From positions 512,001 to 576,000 of the forward strand of contig CAXXSL010000013.1 of assembly GCA_963675525.2 (NCBI GenBank): a DNA stretch of 64,000 bases, read 5' to 3'. The notes under the pieces are model-generated. The model worked only from the letters and a program-made list of their open reading frames with translations. It was not told the DNA's origin and ran no database searches. Made by a program: the position numbers and the translations under genes. Positions 51,413 to 60,981 of this stretch are shown here, piece after piece; the stretch's first letter is position 1, and every line of letters begins with the position of its first letter. The stretch comes from Anaerohalosphaeraceae bacterium. Lineage in GTDB: Bacteria > Planctomycetota > Phycisphaerae > Sedimentisphaerales > Anaerohalosphaeraceae.

Positions 51413-52189
51413 ATGTACTCATTCTTAAAAAATATCGTTACCCAGGCGGGCCGCATCACGACCGAATATAAATCCCGGCTGAGCGAAGTACACATCGACC
51501 GCAAAAGCGAAAAAGACCTTGTTACCGAAGCGGATGTTGCCGTGGAAAACTATCTCGTCGAACAAATCAAAAAGACCTACCCCGACCACGCCATTTTCGG
51601 CGAAGAAACGGGGCGGCACGCCGGCAACGAATACCGCTGGATCATTGATCCCATCGACGGCACCACCTCGTTCGTCCATGACCAGCCGTTCTTCAGCAAT
51701 TCCGTCGCGCTGGAACACAACGGCGAGATTATTCTCGCCGCCGTCAACGCCCCCGCATTGGGTGAACTGTTCATGGCCGAAAAGGGCAAAGGCGCCACAC
51801 TGAACGACAAGCCGATTCATGTGTCCACCCGCGACAAATTATCCGACTGCGTCCTCGGCACCGGCTTTGCCTGCGTCCGTCAGAATTTGGCACACAACAA
51901 CCTGCCTTATTTTGAAAAGGTCGTGACCGTTATCCGCGGCGTCCGGCGCTACGGCTCGGCGGCCGTCGACCTGTCCTACGTCGCCGCAGGAAAACTCGAC
52001 GGATTCTGGGAACTGAACCTGCAGATTTACGATATGGCCGCTGGGCTGTTGATTGTCACCGAAGCCGGCGGCACCGTCACCGACTTCGCAGGCAAAAACA
52101 AAAAGATGCCTCACGAAACCCTCGCCACCAACGGCAAAATTCATGATGAACTGTCCGGAATGCTGATGGAGGTTAAACATGAAATCTGA
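51413..52189 (+). CDS. suhB: Inositol monophosphatase family protein (SuhB-like)
   Basis: DLVTEAD, FGEE, WIIDPIDGTTSF, RRYGSAA, YDMAAG. Confidence 0.88.
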   Translation: MYSFLKNIVTQAGRITTEYKSRLSEVHIDRKSEKDLVTEADVAVENYLVEQIKKTYPDHAIFGEETGRHAGNEYRWIIDPIDGTTSFVHDQPFFSNSVALEHNGEIILAAVNAPALGELFMAEKGKGATLNDKPIHVSTRDKLSDCVLGTGFACVRQNLAHNNLPYFEKVVTVIRGVRRYGSAAVDLSYVAAGKLDGFWELNLQIYDMAAGLLIVTEAGGTVTDFAGKNKKMPHETLATNGKIHDELSGMLMEVKHEI

Positions 52190-52571
52190 GATCGTTTATG
52201 TCGAACTCAAGACAGGTTACAATGACAACGGTCCGGCATGGATTGGCAAAGCAGACTTCTCCAAAACAGGCCTCACAATTTATTTTAATGGACAAGCCTT
52301 TCGGTCCTGCGACGGAAAAGGCATTGGGGCAAACTACTACGACATCGAAACTGAGGATGAATACTGGATCTCTGGTGTGAAAAAGAATCAACAGGACAGA
52401 CACTGGGCAGGTGGAGGCTCAATTATGATTGACAAAACAATTGTCGAAGAATATCTGAACCTGATTGGTGTTAAAGAATTGGATAGAAAACAATTTCAGG
52501 TTGTAGAGTTGGATAATACTGATATTCGGAGCCGTATTTACGAACTCGAAAACCGTAAAACAAAACAGTAA
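52179..52571 (+). CDS. Conserved hypothetical protein
   Basis: 130-aa ORF with GGAGG SD, overlapping the suhB stop; motifs GPAWIG, FSKTG.TIY, EYWISG.KK...DRH. Confidence 0.7.
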   Translation: MKSEIVYVELKTGYNDNGPAWIGKADFSKTGLTIYFNGQAFRSCDGKGIGANYYDIETEDEYWISGVKKNQQDRHWAGGGSIMIDKTIVEEYLNLIGVKELDRKQFQVVELDNTDIRSRIYELENRKTKQ

Positions 52572-52592
52572 AAACAGGGACTAAAAACAGAA

Positions 52593-52664
52593 AAACAGGG
52601 ACAGTCACCTGTTTTTCAGGTGCAATCTATACTGTCGACAAACAATAGGTGGCTGTCCCTATTT
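52593..52664. repeat. Imperfect inverted repeat (GGGACAG(T/C)CACC type), REP/MITE-like or terminator
   Basis: AAACAGGGACAGTCACCTGTT versus AATAGGTGGCTGTCCCTATTT; the right arm overlaps the glpK stop. Confidence 0.6.
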
Positions 52665-54152
52665 ATTCGAAGGCAAGTCCGACAACGTCCGTTTAACCGC
52701 CTTCTGCCAATCCGCATAAAGCCTGTTCGACTCGCGCTTTGGCATCCGGGGGCAGAAAGTCTTGTCTTTCTTCCAATATTTCTTCAGCTCATGGGTATCT
52801 TTCCAATATCCAATCGCCAAACCCGCAAGATACGCCGCGCCGCAAGCCGTTGTCTCAATAACCTTCGGCCGTATCACATTAACGCCAAGTATATCCGACT
52901 GAAACTGACACAAAAAATTATTCGCCGCCGCACCGCCGTCGATTTTCAAATCCCTGACTTTGAGCTTCGAATCTTTCCGCATCGCATCCAGCACATCTCG
53001 CGTCTGATAGCAAATCGCCTCGAGTGCCGCCCGAACAATATGATTGTTTTCAGTTCCTCGCGTAATCCCGCAGATAGTGCCCCGGGCATCCTGGTCCCAA
53101 TACGGCGCCCCCAGTCCCACCAGCGCGGGAACAAAATAAACCCCGGCGTTATCCTTGACAGCCTTGGCCATCTTTTCCGAATCCAACGTATCCTTTAAAA
53201 TCTTCAACCCGTCCCGCAGCCACTGAATGGCCGAACCGGCAACAAAGATTGCCCCTTCAAGCGCATACACCGGCTCGCCCGACGGCCCGCACGCCAGCGT
53301 GGTAATCAACCCGTGTTTTGAAACGGGGCGATTCCTGCCCGTATTCAACAGGGCAAAACACCCCGTGCCGTAAGTATTCTTTATCGTGCCCGGCTCAACG
53401 CATAACTGCCCAAAAAGTGCTGCCTGTTGATCGCCCGCAATACCGGAGACAGGAATGCCGGCAGGCAGACGCCCGATTTTGACGGTTTGTCCAAAAAGCC
53501 CCGAAGAGATCTTCACCTCCGGCAGAATGGACGCCGGAATGGAAAACATTTTAAGGATGTCCTTGTCCCACGTTAATGTATTGATATTAAAAAGCATGGT
53601 GCGCGACGCATTCGTGTAGTCGGTCGCATGACATGCCCCGCCGGTCAGCTTCCACAAAACCCAGGCATCCGTCGTGCCGAAACAAAGCCTTCCCTCTTTG
53701 GCCTTTGCTAATGCGCCTTTGATGTTTTTGAGTATCCACTCGATTTTCGTTGCGGAAAAATACGCATCGACGGGCAGCCCTGTTCGCTTTTTGAAAAATT
53801 CCGCCTTCCCTTTTTTCTTGAGCTGGTCACATCGCCCCGCGGTTCTTCGGCATTGCCACACAATCGCATGATAAACCGGCTTGCCCGTTTCCCGATCCCA
53901 GAGGATGGTCGTCTCACGCTGATTGGCGATCCCAATCGCAGCAATGGACCCGGTCGGCACTTTCCTGAGAACATCCTGAACGGATTGATTGACACTGTCC
54001 CATATTTCCTGCGGGTCATGCTCAACCCATCCGGGCGCGGGAAAATACTGCCCAAATTCCCGATACGCACCGGCAACCGTGTTCCCCCTCTTGTCATAAA
54101 CAACCGCCCGGCTCCCCGTCGTCCCCTGATCAATCGACAAAACATATTTCAC
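52659..54152 (-). CDS. glpK: Glycerol kinase
   Basis: IDQGTTGSR, GWVEHDP, NQRETT, AYFSATK, TDYTNASRT, GDQQAALFGQ, KNTYGTG, GLGAPYWD. Confidence 0.97.
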   Translation of the reverse strand: MKYVLSIDQGTTGSRAVVYDKRGNTVAGAYREFGQYFPAPGWVEHDPQEIWDSVNQSVQDVLRKVPTGSIAAIGIANQRETTILWDRETGKPVYHAIVWQCRRTAGRCDQLKKKGKAEFFKKRTGLPVDAYFSATKIEWILKNIKGALAKAKEGRLCFGTTDAWVLWKLTGGACHATDYTNASRTMLFNINTLTWDKDILKMFSIPASILPEVKISSGLFGQTVKIGRLPAGIPVSGIAGDQQAALFGQLCVEPGTIKNTYGTGCFALLNTGRNRPVSKHGLITTLACGPSGEPVYALEGAIFVAGSAIQWLRDGLKILKDTLDSEKMAKAVKDNAGVYFVPALVGLGAPYWDQDARGTICGITRGTENNHIVRAALEAICYQTRDVLDAMRKDSKLKVRDLKIDGGAAANNFLCQFQSDILGVNVIRPKVIETTACGAAYLAGLAIGYWKDTHELKKYWKKDKTFCPRMPKRESNRLYADWQKAVKRTLSDLPSNK

Positions 54153-54189
54153 GCAATGATCCTCCCGGCAATAGTAAAACTGCGATATC

Positions 54190-54555
54190 TTATTTCACGC
54201 GGTACATCGTGTAGGTGCCGTCGACGGGGCCTTTGTAAAAGCCTGAAAATTCATCGCCGCTCAACGTTCCTCCGCCGGAGTAGAGCCCTTTATCGGCGGT
54301 ATATTCATACAGGCCGTCTTTGAGAATCCCATCCATAATATGCATCGGGTCCTTGGTCGAATCGAGTGTGTCCAGTATCAGCACGCGGTAATTGTCATCG
54401 CCCATCGCCGTCACCTTTGCGGCGAAGGTGAACTCATTGCCCTGCGAATCGGTCCCGCTGCCGATCCAGTCGCCCGCAAACTCAGCAGTACATCCACTTA
54501 AAAAAAGAGCCATGCACATCAACACAACAGATACAATCAGTTTTTTCACAATCAT
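54190..54555 (-). CDS. Small lipoprotein
   Basis: Lipobox LSGC after a hydrophobic segment; AAGGAG SD. Confidence 0.7.
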   Translation of the reverse strand: MIVKKLIVSVVLMCMALFLSGCTAEFAGDWIGSGTDSQGNEFTFAAKVTAMGDDNYRVLILDTLDSTKDPMHIMDGILKDGLYEYTADKGLYSGGGTLSGDEFSGFYKGPVDGTYTMYRVK

Positions 54556-54593
54556 CTCCTTTCGTCGCAGTCATTGCGACCGAATCTTCATCA

Positions 54594-55532
54594 TTAATCA
54601 CAAACCACTTGAATGTCTCGCTGCAGCCGTATTGTCTTATCCAGCGACGCTGCCAGCCAGTGTTTCACATCGGTCCTGTCGCCAAGCAGGTTCAGCATCG
54701 TATCATCAATATCATCCTGCTGCGGGCCGTCCTGGCAAAAAGCCTTCAGCGTGTTCGACAGAATGTTTAGTTGTCCCAGCAACGGCGTTAGTTCTTTATT
54801 AAAACAGCACGGGGCAAACACCCTGTCCGCTTTTAATTCACCGTTCATCGCCTTAAGCATCACAACCAGGTTATCGGCATAGTTCCAGTTGCATGGAAAA
54901 CACAAATCGATCGCCAGCCCAATTGACATCTGGTCCGGCTTGCCGTTAAAGTCATAATCAATCATCGTCGCATTGGTCTGCTCTAAAAAGTCAACGTGGT
55001 CTTTATAATGCTCCTCCGGATGATGATCGATCGGGTTTCCATATCCATCAATATTCAAAACCAAATTATAGTAAGACTCTTGTCCCGTCAGAAAAACCTG
55101 CAGTTTATCGATCAGCCGCTGGACCTGCCACACCTTCACCGGGCTCGTATCCCCCAGGAAGCCAAGCAATTCATCCGCTGATATACCGTCTACCTCCAGT
55201 CCGGTACACTTCGACACATTCCCCTGGCACCACGCCGAAAGAATTGCCACGGTATTCTCTAAATCACGTTGCCGCCGGGGCGGACGCCGGCCGGATTCAA
55301 CCGGCGGTTTTCCCGCCGCAATCGCACCAATAATCATCCGGGCTTCCTTGTCCGCTTCATGATAACACAACTCAAACCGCGTAATCAGCGCCCGTATGCC
55401 CGTGCTATCATCATCCAACGGCGCCAGTGAGTCTTCTAACGCATCGATCGCCGAAATCTCGTCGTCCTTGAGCAGTCTCTCATCATCCAATGCCCCGCAA
55501 TTTCCCCAACAGGCTCTTAATTGATTCTTCAT
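54594..55532 (-). CDS. Hypothetical protein
   Basis: ORF of about 312 aa, co-oriented and closely packed with its neighbours; no recognised motif. Confidence 0.6.
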   Translation of the reverse strand: MKNQLRACWGNCGALDDERLLKDDEISAIDALEDSLAPLDDDSTGIRALITRFELCYHEADKEARMIIGAIAAGKPPVESGRRPPRRQRDLENTVAILSAWCQGNVSKCTGLEVDGISADELLGFLGDTSPVKVWQVQRLIDKLQVFLTGQESYYNLVLNIDGYGNPIDHHPEEHYKDHVDFLEQTNATMIDYDFNGKPDQMSIGLAIDLCFPCNWNYADNLVVMLKAMNGELKADRVFAPCCFNKELTPLLGQLNILSNTLKAFCQDGPQQDDIDDTMLNLLGDRTDVKHWLAASLDKTIRLQRDIQVVCD

Positions 55533-55555
55533 CGTCAAGCCCTTTCAATTGTGAG

Positions 55556-55717
55556 TTATTCTTTTTTCGGACCGCCTTGGGGGTAGGTCGGCAGGCTTGT
55601 GTCGATGGTGGCCCGCTTGCAGTCGTCACAGTGACAATAGCTCGATGGACCAATCTCGCCGTCATATTCATACCGCACCGCCCCGCACATACATCCACCA
55701 GTTAATAATGTACTCAT
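55556..55717 (-). pseudogene. Internally deleted GFA/CENP-V family gene (53 aa)
   Basis: MSTLLTGGCMCGAVRY...YCHCDDCKRAT joins directly to IDTSLPTYPQG; AGGAGA SD; the central CxxCG region is missing. Confidence 0.75.
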
Positions 55718-55718
55718 A

Positions 55719-57539
55719 TTATTGTCTCCTTAATAAAACGACCCAGTCTTTTTCAGGATCGGCCGGCGGGGTGCCCAGGGCACCGAGGGGCATGGTAATA
55801 CCGCTGGTCACAATAACACCGCCGCTTTTCAGATCGCCGCCGGTACGGGGGTTGTGCCAGTGGAGACTGTAACTGCCTTGCGGTAGTTTGAGTTTGCCGC
55901 CGGTTGTGGATTTGAGGTAGACGACGTAAAGCTCGTTGGGTTTGCAGAAGCAATAGCCGTCAGCACCGGTCAGCAGTGCATCGTTGTTTGTCATTTCCCA
56001 GAAGGGGATCTTGTTGTTTTTGAAGAAATCCAGCATAACGCGGCACTGGTCCCAGAAGGCGTCGCGGCTGCGGAAGTCCTGGCATGTCAGGTCGGAGTGG
56101 TCGTGGCCGTAGCCGAAGTACCACTCCAGGCCTGCCCCGCCGGCCATGACGGCTCCCCAGAGCGCATTCTTGCGCGCATTGTCGTGCGTTGGGTCATCTT
56201 TATCCGGCACGAGGGCGTGTTCGGGATCGCCCGGTTCGTCACACGAGACCACCCATGGTACACCCGCCTGTTCTGAGCGTTGTACCCATTCGAGTACGTC
56301 GCCGTGCACGGCGCGGAAGTCGGCAAAGTTGGTCTGCAGTGATACGCCGCGCAGAGCTTCCTGATCTCCCAGCAGCGGTGCATAGACTTTTTCCTTCTGG
56401 TCCGGATAGGTATGCACAACAACCGGATGGCGGTAAGGATCGTGCCTGTAAAAGAACGCACAGAATTCTTTAAGCTGTTCAGTCGTGTTGGTATTTTCCT
56501 CGCCGAGGTTCCAGTTCAGGGCCAGGTGATGTCCGAAGCGGGCGATCAATTCGCGATAGTACAGTCGACGCTCGGGGCCGAGTGCCCCGCCGTCGAGCAG
56601 TTGGTCGTTTTCGGTTTCCTGCGTTTTGAAATGCAGAAACAGGCCAAGCTTGTCGGCATGTTCAAAAACAATTTCCCACTGCGCCAACCGGGAGACATCC
56701 AGCCGGAATCGTTCGTTGTAATCCGTATAGGGAAAGACGTTTCGGTCGTCGCCTTCGATATTCATCGGCAAGAATGAAACGGCGTTCAGCCCTTTTGACG
56801 AAAGATAATTCAAGGCGCCGATGAGGCCCTTGCCCTTGCCGCCCTGCCATGTTGGATCGCCGGATTTCCAGTCCTTGACGTGCGGCGCCCAGGTCTTGAT
56901 CAGTTCGTCGCTGATACCGTCGGATTTGAAATCACCGTCGAAATCGGCATAGGCTAAGAGGTTCTCCGGCGCATCGACGCCGCATTTGAGGAAATAATCA
57001 TTATTCCCAAAAGGTTTATCTGCATCCGTCCCGGCAAACTGCAGGTAATGTTTGCCCCGATAGCACAGCAGCCCCTTGCCGCGGAAATCCCGCCCGGTTT
57101 TATCCGTCGGTTCAACCACAAAAAAACCTTTCAGTCCGTCAATATGCGTTACCGGATTGCCTGCGCCCGCATCATCTGAGACTGCGATATTCTCTCCAGT
57201 GCGAAACGATACTGAGTATGTCCACTGACCCGCCTGGTCCGGGACAAAATGCACTCGCCATTGATTGCCCGCATCGGCACCGGTATTGGCCGCATCTCCG
57301 TCCGCCGCATAATAGCCCGGCACGCTGTAGTAATGCTGTCCCGATGGTCCGAAAAACGCCACATCCAGCCGATAGTCCATAAACGGATTCACATCCGCCG
57401 TCTCACTGGTCTGCGGCCCAGGAACGTCCACCGTAAACTTATGCCAGACCTTCAACTCCTGTTCACAAACTTCAGCCGAAACGACCGCCGACAAAACCAG
57501 GAACAGACACAGCCGCCACGTTAAGAATTTACTTCTCAT
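55719..57539 (-). CDS. DUF5060-type secreted protein (putative glycoside hydrolase barrel + C-terminal beta domain)
   Basis: NPFMDYRL, WRVHF.PD..G.W, WNLGEEN, DPYRHP..VH, DEPG, W.NPRTGG, DWVVLL. Confidence 0.75.
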   Translation of the reverse strand: MRSKFLTWRLCLFLVLSAVVSAEVCEQELKVWHKFTVDVPGPQTSETADVNPFMDYRLDVAFFGPSGQHYYSVPGYYAADGDAANTGADAGNQWRVHFVPDQAGQWTYSVSFRTGENIAVSDDAGAGNPVTHIDGLKGFFVVEPTDKTGRDFRGKGLLCYRGKHYLQFAGTDADKPFGNNDYFLKCGVDAPENLLAYADFDGDFKSDGISDELIKTWAPHVKDWKSGDPTWQGGKGKGLIGALNYLSSKGLNAVSFLPMNIEGDDRNVFPYTDYNERFRLDVSRLAQWEIVFEHADKLGLFLHFKTQETENDQLLDGGALGPERRLYYRELIARFGHHLALNWNLGEENTNTTEQLKEFCAFFYRHDPYRHPVVVHTYPDQKEKVYAPLLGDQEALRGVSLQTNFADFRAVHGDVLEWVQRSEQAGVPWVVSCDEPGDPEHALVPDKDDPTHDNARKNALWGAVMAGGAGLEWYFGYGHDHSDLTCQDFRSRDAFWDQCRVMLDFFKNNKIPFWEMTNNDALLTGADGYCFCKPNELYVVYLKSTTGGKLKLPQGSYSLHWHNPRTGGDLKSGGVIVTSGITMPLGALGTPPADPEKDWVVLLRRQ

Positions 57540-57580
57540 TCTTAGCCCCTTTCAAACATTTGGCTGTCAATCGTTAATCT

Positions 57581-57826
57581 TCAATTGGCCACAATGCACA
57601 CGGCGATGTAGGGGATGATGCAGAAGAAATAAATAAACAGTTTGTAGATGCCGACAAATGAGTAAACGATGGCGTTGAACTGGGACTCCGTAATCGGAAA
57701 GAATTTGCTGTGCGTTTTGTACACCCAGCTTCGCCCCAGCCACAAAAGCAGAAACATAACAATCATCAGCCCCACATTGATCACCGAACACCACATCAAA
57801 AAATCACGAATCTGAAAAATCGTCAT
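57581..57826 (-). CDS. Small membrane protein (DUF6868-like)
   Basis: FLMWCSVINVGL, HSKFF, YKL....F..IPYIA pattern; GGAGA SD. Confidence 0.7.
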   Translation of the reverse strand: MTIFQIRDFLMWCSVINVGLMIVMFLLLWLGRSWVYKTHSKFFPITESQFNAIVYSFVGIYKLFIYFFCIIPYIAVCIVAN

Positions 57827-57972
57827 AACTCGTCTCCCTTTTTTTAGATGATCCATCCAATTTTGTTTTACCGTTACACCCTTATTATAAATCCAATCAC
57901 GTCCAAAAGCAAACCTCCAACGGGTGCCGGACCACAGGAAAAACAGCCCTTAGCCTGCAAAAAAGAAGGTAT

Positions 57973-58001
57973 TTGACATAACGAGATTAATTTTGTATAA
58001 T
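57973..58001 (+). promoter_or_regulatory. Perfect consensus sigma70 promoter TTGACA-17-TATAAT
   Basis: Direct reading, 94 bp upstream of ATG 58095 (GAGGAGG SD). Confidence 0.8.
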
Positions 58002-58094
58002 AATTAACCGTTGACATATAAAGGTAACAGAGGTTGGCAAAACCTTTCCATACGGCTTCCTGGTGTCAACTTCCGGAATTGAGGAGGATTATTT

Positions 58095-59399
58095 ATGAAA
58101 TTTTATGCTTACACATGCGCATGGGTTCTGGCTTTCGCTTGTTTCACAGATCACGCCCGCGCAGTTCTTCCCGGCGGCGGAACAGAAACCAACCCCTGGC
58201 GAATTCGATCACTGACAGATTTCAATGAATTCGCAGGTGACGACAGCTACTGGGATGACTACACCCGCCTCGAAACCAATCTGTCATTAAGCGGAACCTA
58301 TGACACCGCTGTGATCGCCCCGGATACAAACCACACCACCAGCGGATTTCAGGGAACCCCTTTTACCGGTGTTTTTGACGGTAACGACCTTTGCATTGAA
58401 TATCTTGAAATTGATACGTTAGGGCTGGAGCGAGATTATCTGGGCTTTTTCGGTAAAGTCGGTTCCTCCGGCGTCATCAAAAACTTTGCCGTCGGAGATA
58501 TCCCCTCATACCCCCCATACATTCATGCTATAATATTCTGCGAAGATTCAGAGTACGTGGGCGGATTGGCCGGAGAGAACAACGGCCTCATTGAGAACTG
58601 CTACGCCATCGTCTATATCGGACGATTCGGATCAGATGGCGGTCAGAATTTATACCGCGCCGGTGGCCTGGTCGGGTATAACAGCACTGGCGAAATACGC
58701 AACTCGTTTAGTATGGGCAACATTTCTACCGATTCCGGGTGTACCTATATCGGCGGTCTTGTCGGACACAATAACTCCTCTCCGCTCAGCCGCTGTTTCT
58801 CAGAAGTGAAGATCAATATCTATGGCGGCAGCACGCAATACGTTGGCGGACTGGCCGGCGCGAACCAGTGGAGCATCATCACCCAATGCTATGCGCTCGG
58901 GAATGTCACTGGCAGTGCCGGCAGTTACCCCGACTATGCAGGCGGATTGGTCGGCTGGAACGCCCTCAGCAGCAATATCAATAACTGTTATGCAGTGGGC
59001 GATGTAACCGGCAGGAACTTTATTGGCGGATTGGTCGGCGACCATACCAGCAGCGGCATTAATAAATGCTATTCGATCGGCGCCGTCAGCGGCAGCAGTT
59101 CTGTGGGCGGACTTGTCGGCGACTCCGATGACGGCGACCCGGATGTGTACGACAGCTACTGGGATGTAACGACGTCCGGAACAATGACCAGCGACGGCGG
59201 AACATGGGAAAATACGATGATGTTGAAACGTCAAAGCAGGTTCACCAATTGGGATTTTGCCGATTACTGGCAGATCAATGACCATCAGACATACCCCCTG
59301 CTGCGATTTTATAACCGCGCCGACCTGAACAAAGACCACATTGTCAATCTCCTGGATTTTGCTGCCGTGGCCGACAACTGGCTGCAGGAATCCAATTAG
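58095..59399 (+). CDS. Secreted GLUG-repeat protein with C-terminal dockerin-like module
   Basis: GGGTETNPWRI, FTGVFDGN, repeated (V/I/A)GGL(V/A)G.N, WDF...W....TYP.L, ADLNKDHIVNLLDFAAVADNWL. Confidence 0.85.
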   Translation: MKFYAYTCAWVLAFACFTDHARAVLPGGGTETNPWRIRSLTDFNEFAGDDSYWDDYTRLETNLSLSGTYDTAVIAPDTNHTTSGFQGTPFTGVFDGNDLCIEYLEIDTLGLERDYLGFFGKVGSSGVIKNFAVGDIPSYPPYIHAIIFCEDSEYVGGLAGENNGLIENCYAIVYIGRFGSDGGQNLYRAGGLVGYNSTGEIRNSFSMGNISTDSGCTYIGGLVGHNNSSPLSRCFSEVKINIYGGSTQYVGGLAGANQWSIITQCYALGNVTGSAGSYPDYAGGLVGWNALSSNINNCYAVGDVTGRNFIGGLVGDHTSSGINKCYSIGAVSGSSSVGGLVGDSDDGDPDVYDSYWDVTTSGTMTSDGGTWENTMMLKRQSRFTNWDFADYWQINDHQTYPLLRFYNRADLNKDHIVNLLDFAAVADNWLQESN

Positions 59400-59524
59400 C
59401 GTCGCGCGTGCGACTTGTTAACCTGCCGCCAATCCGGACTCAGTATTAGGAATGAAATGATCATCAGGCCCACATTAATGATCGAACACCGTATCAGCAC
59501 ATCACGAAGCATTTCCATTTCCAT
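59396..59524 (-). pseudogene. 5' remnant of a diverged homolog of the 57581-57826 gene
   Basis: MEMEMLRDVLIRCSIINVGLMIISFLIL...VNKSHARR* aligns with RDFLMWCSVINVGLMIVMFLLL...VYKTHSK and ends at the GLUG gene stop. Confidence 0.8.
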
Positions 59525-59605
59525 ATGTCACCTTGCCTTTCTCAAAAGTGTCCAATGAATTCAATTCTTTACGATGCCGTCGGCATGGCGATAAACCGTC
59601 CCGCG

Positions 59606-60559
59606 CTACTCCTGCAGCTTATCGAGAATGGTTTGGGGAACGCGGAAAGCCGTTCCGTGACGCGTTCCCTTTGGAAACTGAATTTGATCGGAGATGTCCT
59701 GCCATGTTTTCAGGTCGCCGGACTTCACCGCTCCATACTTGTGTTCGGTATACTTATCAAAATAAACAACCCACTCATCGCCGACTTTCAATGCCGTCGG
59801 CCCTTCGGCCCAGTACTTTCCGGTGATCGACTCCGACACATCGCCGTAAGGTCCGGTTGCCGCTTCCGCAAAGGCAACGTGAATGTTCTTTTGGGCAACG
59901 GGTTTGACCCGCTCGTCTTTTAAAAACATGACATACCGGTTGCCGTCTTTGACAATGAACGAATCGATCACATTAAATCCCGGCTCAAGAAGAAGTTTGG
60001 TTTTACTGAAGGTCTTAAAATCTTTCGTCGTCACATAATAAATACGATGATTGTTGTCGCCCAGATCATCGGTCTCCGGGAACCGGCCGGGAATCGTTGT
60101 CGCCCAGAAAATCAGGAATTGCTTTTGCTGCTCGTCATAAAACAATTCCGGCGCCCACGTATTTTTGGCTTGCGGCTCGTGTTCCATCACCGGCAGATAC
60201 GCCTGCTCGCTCCAATGAATCAAATCCCTGGAATTGGCATAACCGATGCCCTTCTCCCACCAGCCCGCGGTCCAGACCATGTGAAACACCCCGTCCGGAG
60301 CCCGGACAATCGAGGGATCGCGCATCAGTTTGCCGCCGACGCGGGGTTCCAGAAAGGACCGTCCTTCATGAAGCGGTTTCCACGTCAGGCCGTCCTCGCT
60401 GCAGGCCAGGTGCAAACCATCCTGTCCATTGTCCATAAAGTAACTAAAGAGGTAAACCGATTGGTTTTGTTTTTGTTGTTGAGCGCCAGGGCCCGCACAG
60501 GAAACGATGGCGCTGCTCATGATCAGTATTATGACAGTTAGACAATGAAACGTTTTCAT
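59606..60559 (-). CDS. GH43-like five-bladed beta-propeller glycoside hydrolase, probable lipoprotein
   Basis: IVSC lipobox, LMRDPSI, NTWAPE, NVIDSFI, WAEGPT, RHGT. Confidence 0.88.
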   Translation of the reverse strand: MKTFHCLTVIILIMSSAIVSCAGPGAQQQKQNQSVYLFSYFMDNGQDGLHLACSEDGLTWKPLHEGRSFLEPRVGGKLMRDPSIVRAPDGVFHMVWTAGWWEKGIGYANSRDLIHWSEQAYLPVMEHEPQAKNTWAPELFYDEQQKQFLIFWATTIPGRFPETDDLGDNNHRIYYVTTKDFKTFSKTKLLLEPGFNVIDSFIVKDGNRYVMFLKDERVKPVAQKNIHVAFAEAATGPYGDVSESITGKYWAEGPTALKVGDEWVVYFDKYTEHKYGAVKSGDLKTWQDISDQIQFPKGTRHGTAFRVPQTILDKLQE

Positions 60560-60660
60560 ATTACCCTTTCGTCGTGTAAAACCATTGAATTTTTGTCCTA
60601 ATTGGATTCAATCTTAAATCCGCCCCCCACCTGTCAGCTCCGTTTGAAGGTAAAACAACA

Positions 60661-60688
60661 GCAGGCTGCCCCCTTCGCTGCAGCCTGC
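60661..60688 (-). terminator. Probable intrinsic terminator
   Basis: GCAGGCTGC-10nt-GCAGCCTGC hairpin downstream of the small lipoprotein. Confidence 0.5.
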
Positions 60689-60724
60689 CGTAATATATGC
60701 ATGTACCTCAAAAGACCGGATCGG

Positions 60725-60940
60725 TTACATTTCCGCGTCTTCCGCGTCAATCTCAGCCTCCATCGCGTCCAGTTCGGCTTCGACATCAACATCTTCTGCA
60801 ACTTCTTTGGCATCGTCAGCAGTTTCTTCGGCCTGTTTCATAAGGCCTCCTACGGGACTTTCCGGCTCATCTTTTTTGCAGCCGCTTACTGACGTCACCG
60901 CAACCACCATGATCAATACCAGCAAGATTCTCCATACCAT
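60725..60940 (-). CDS. Small acidic lipoprotein
   Basis: VSGCKK lipobox, D/E/A-rich helix, AAGGAGA SD. Confidence 0.7.
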   Translation of the reverse strand: MVWRILLVLIMVVAVTSVSGCKKDEPESPVGGLMKQAEETADDAKEVAEDVDVEAELDAMEAEIDAEDAEM

Positions 60941-60981
60941 GATTCATCTCCTTAAACTAAAATTAACAAATCCGTCCGTAA

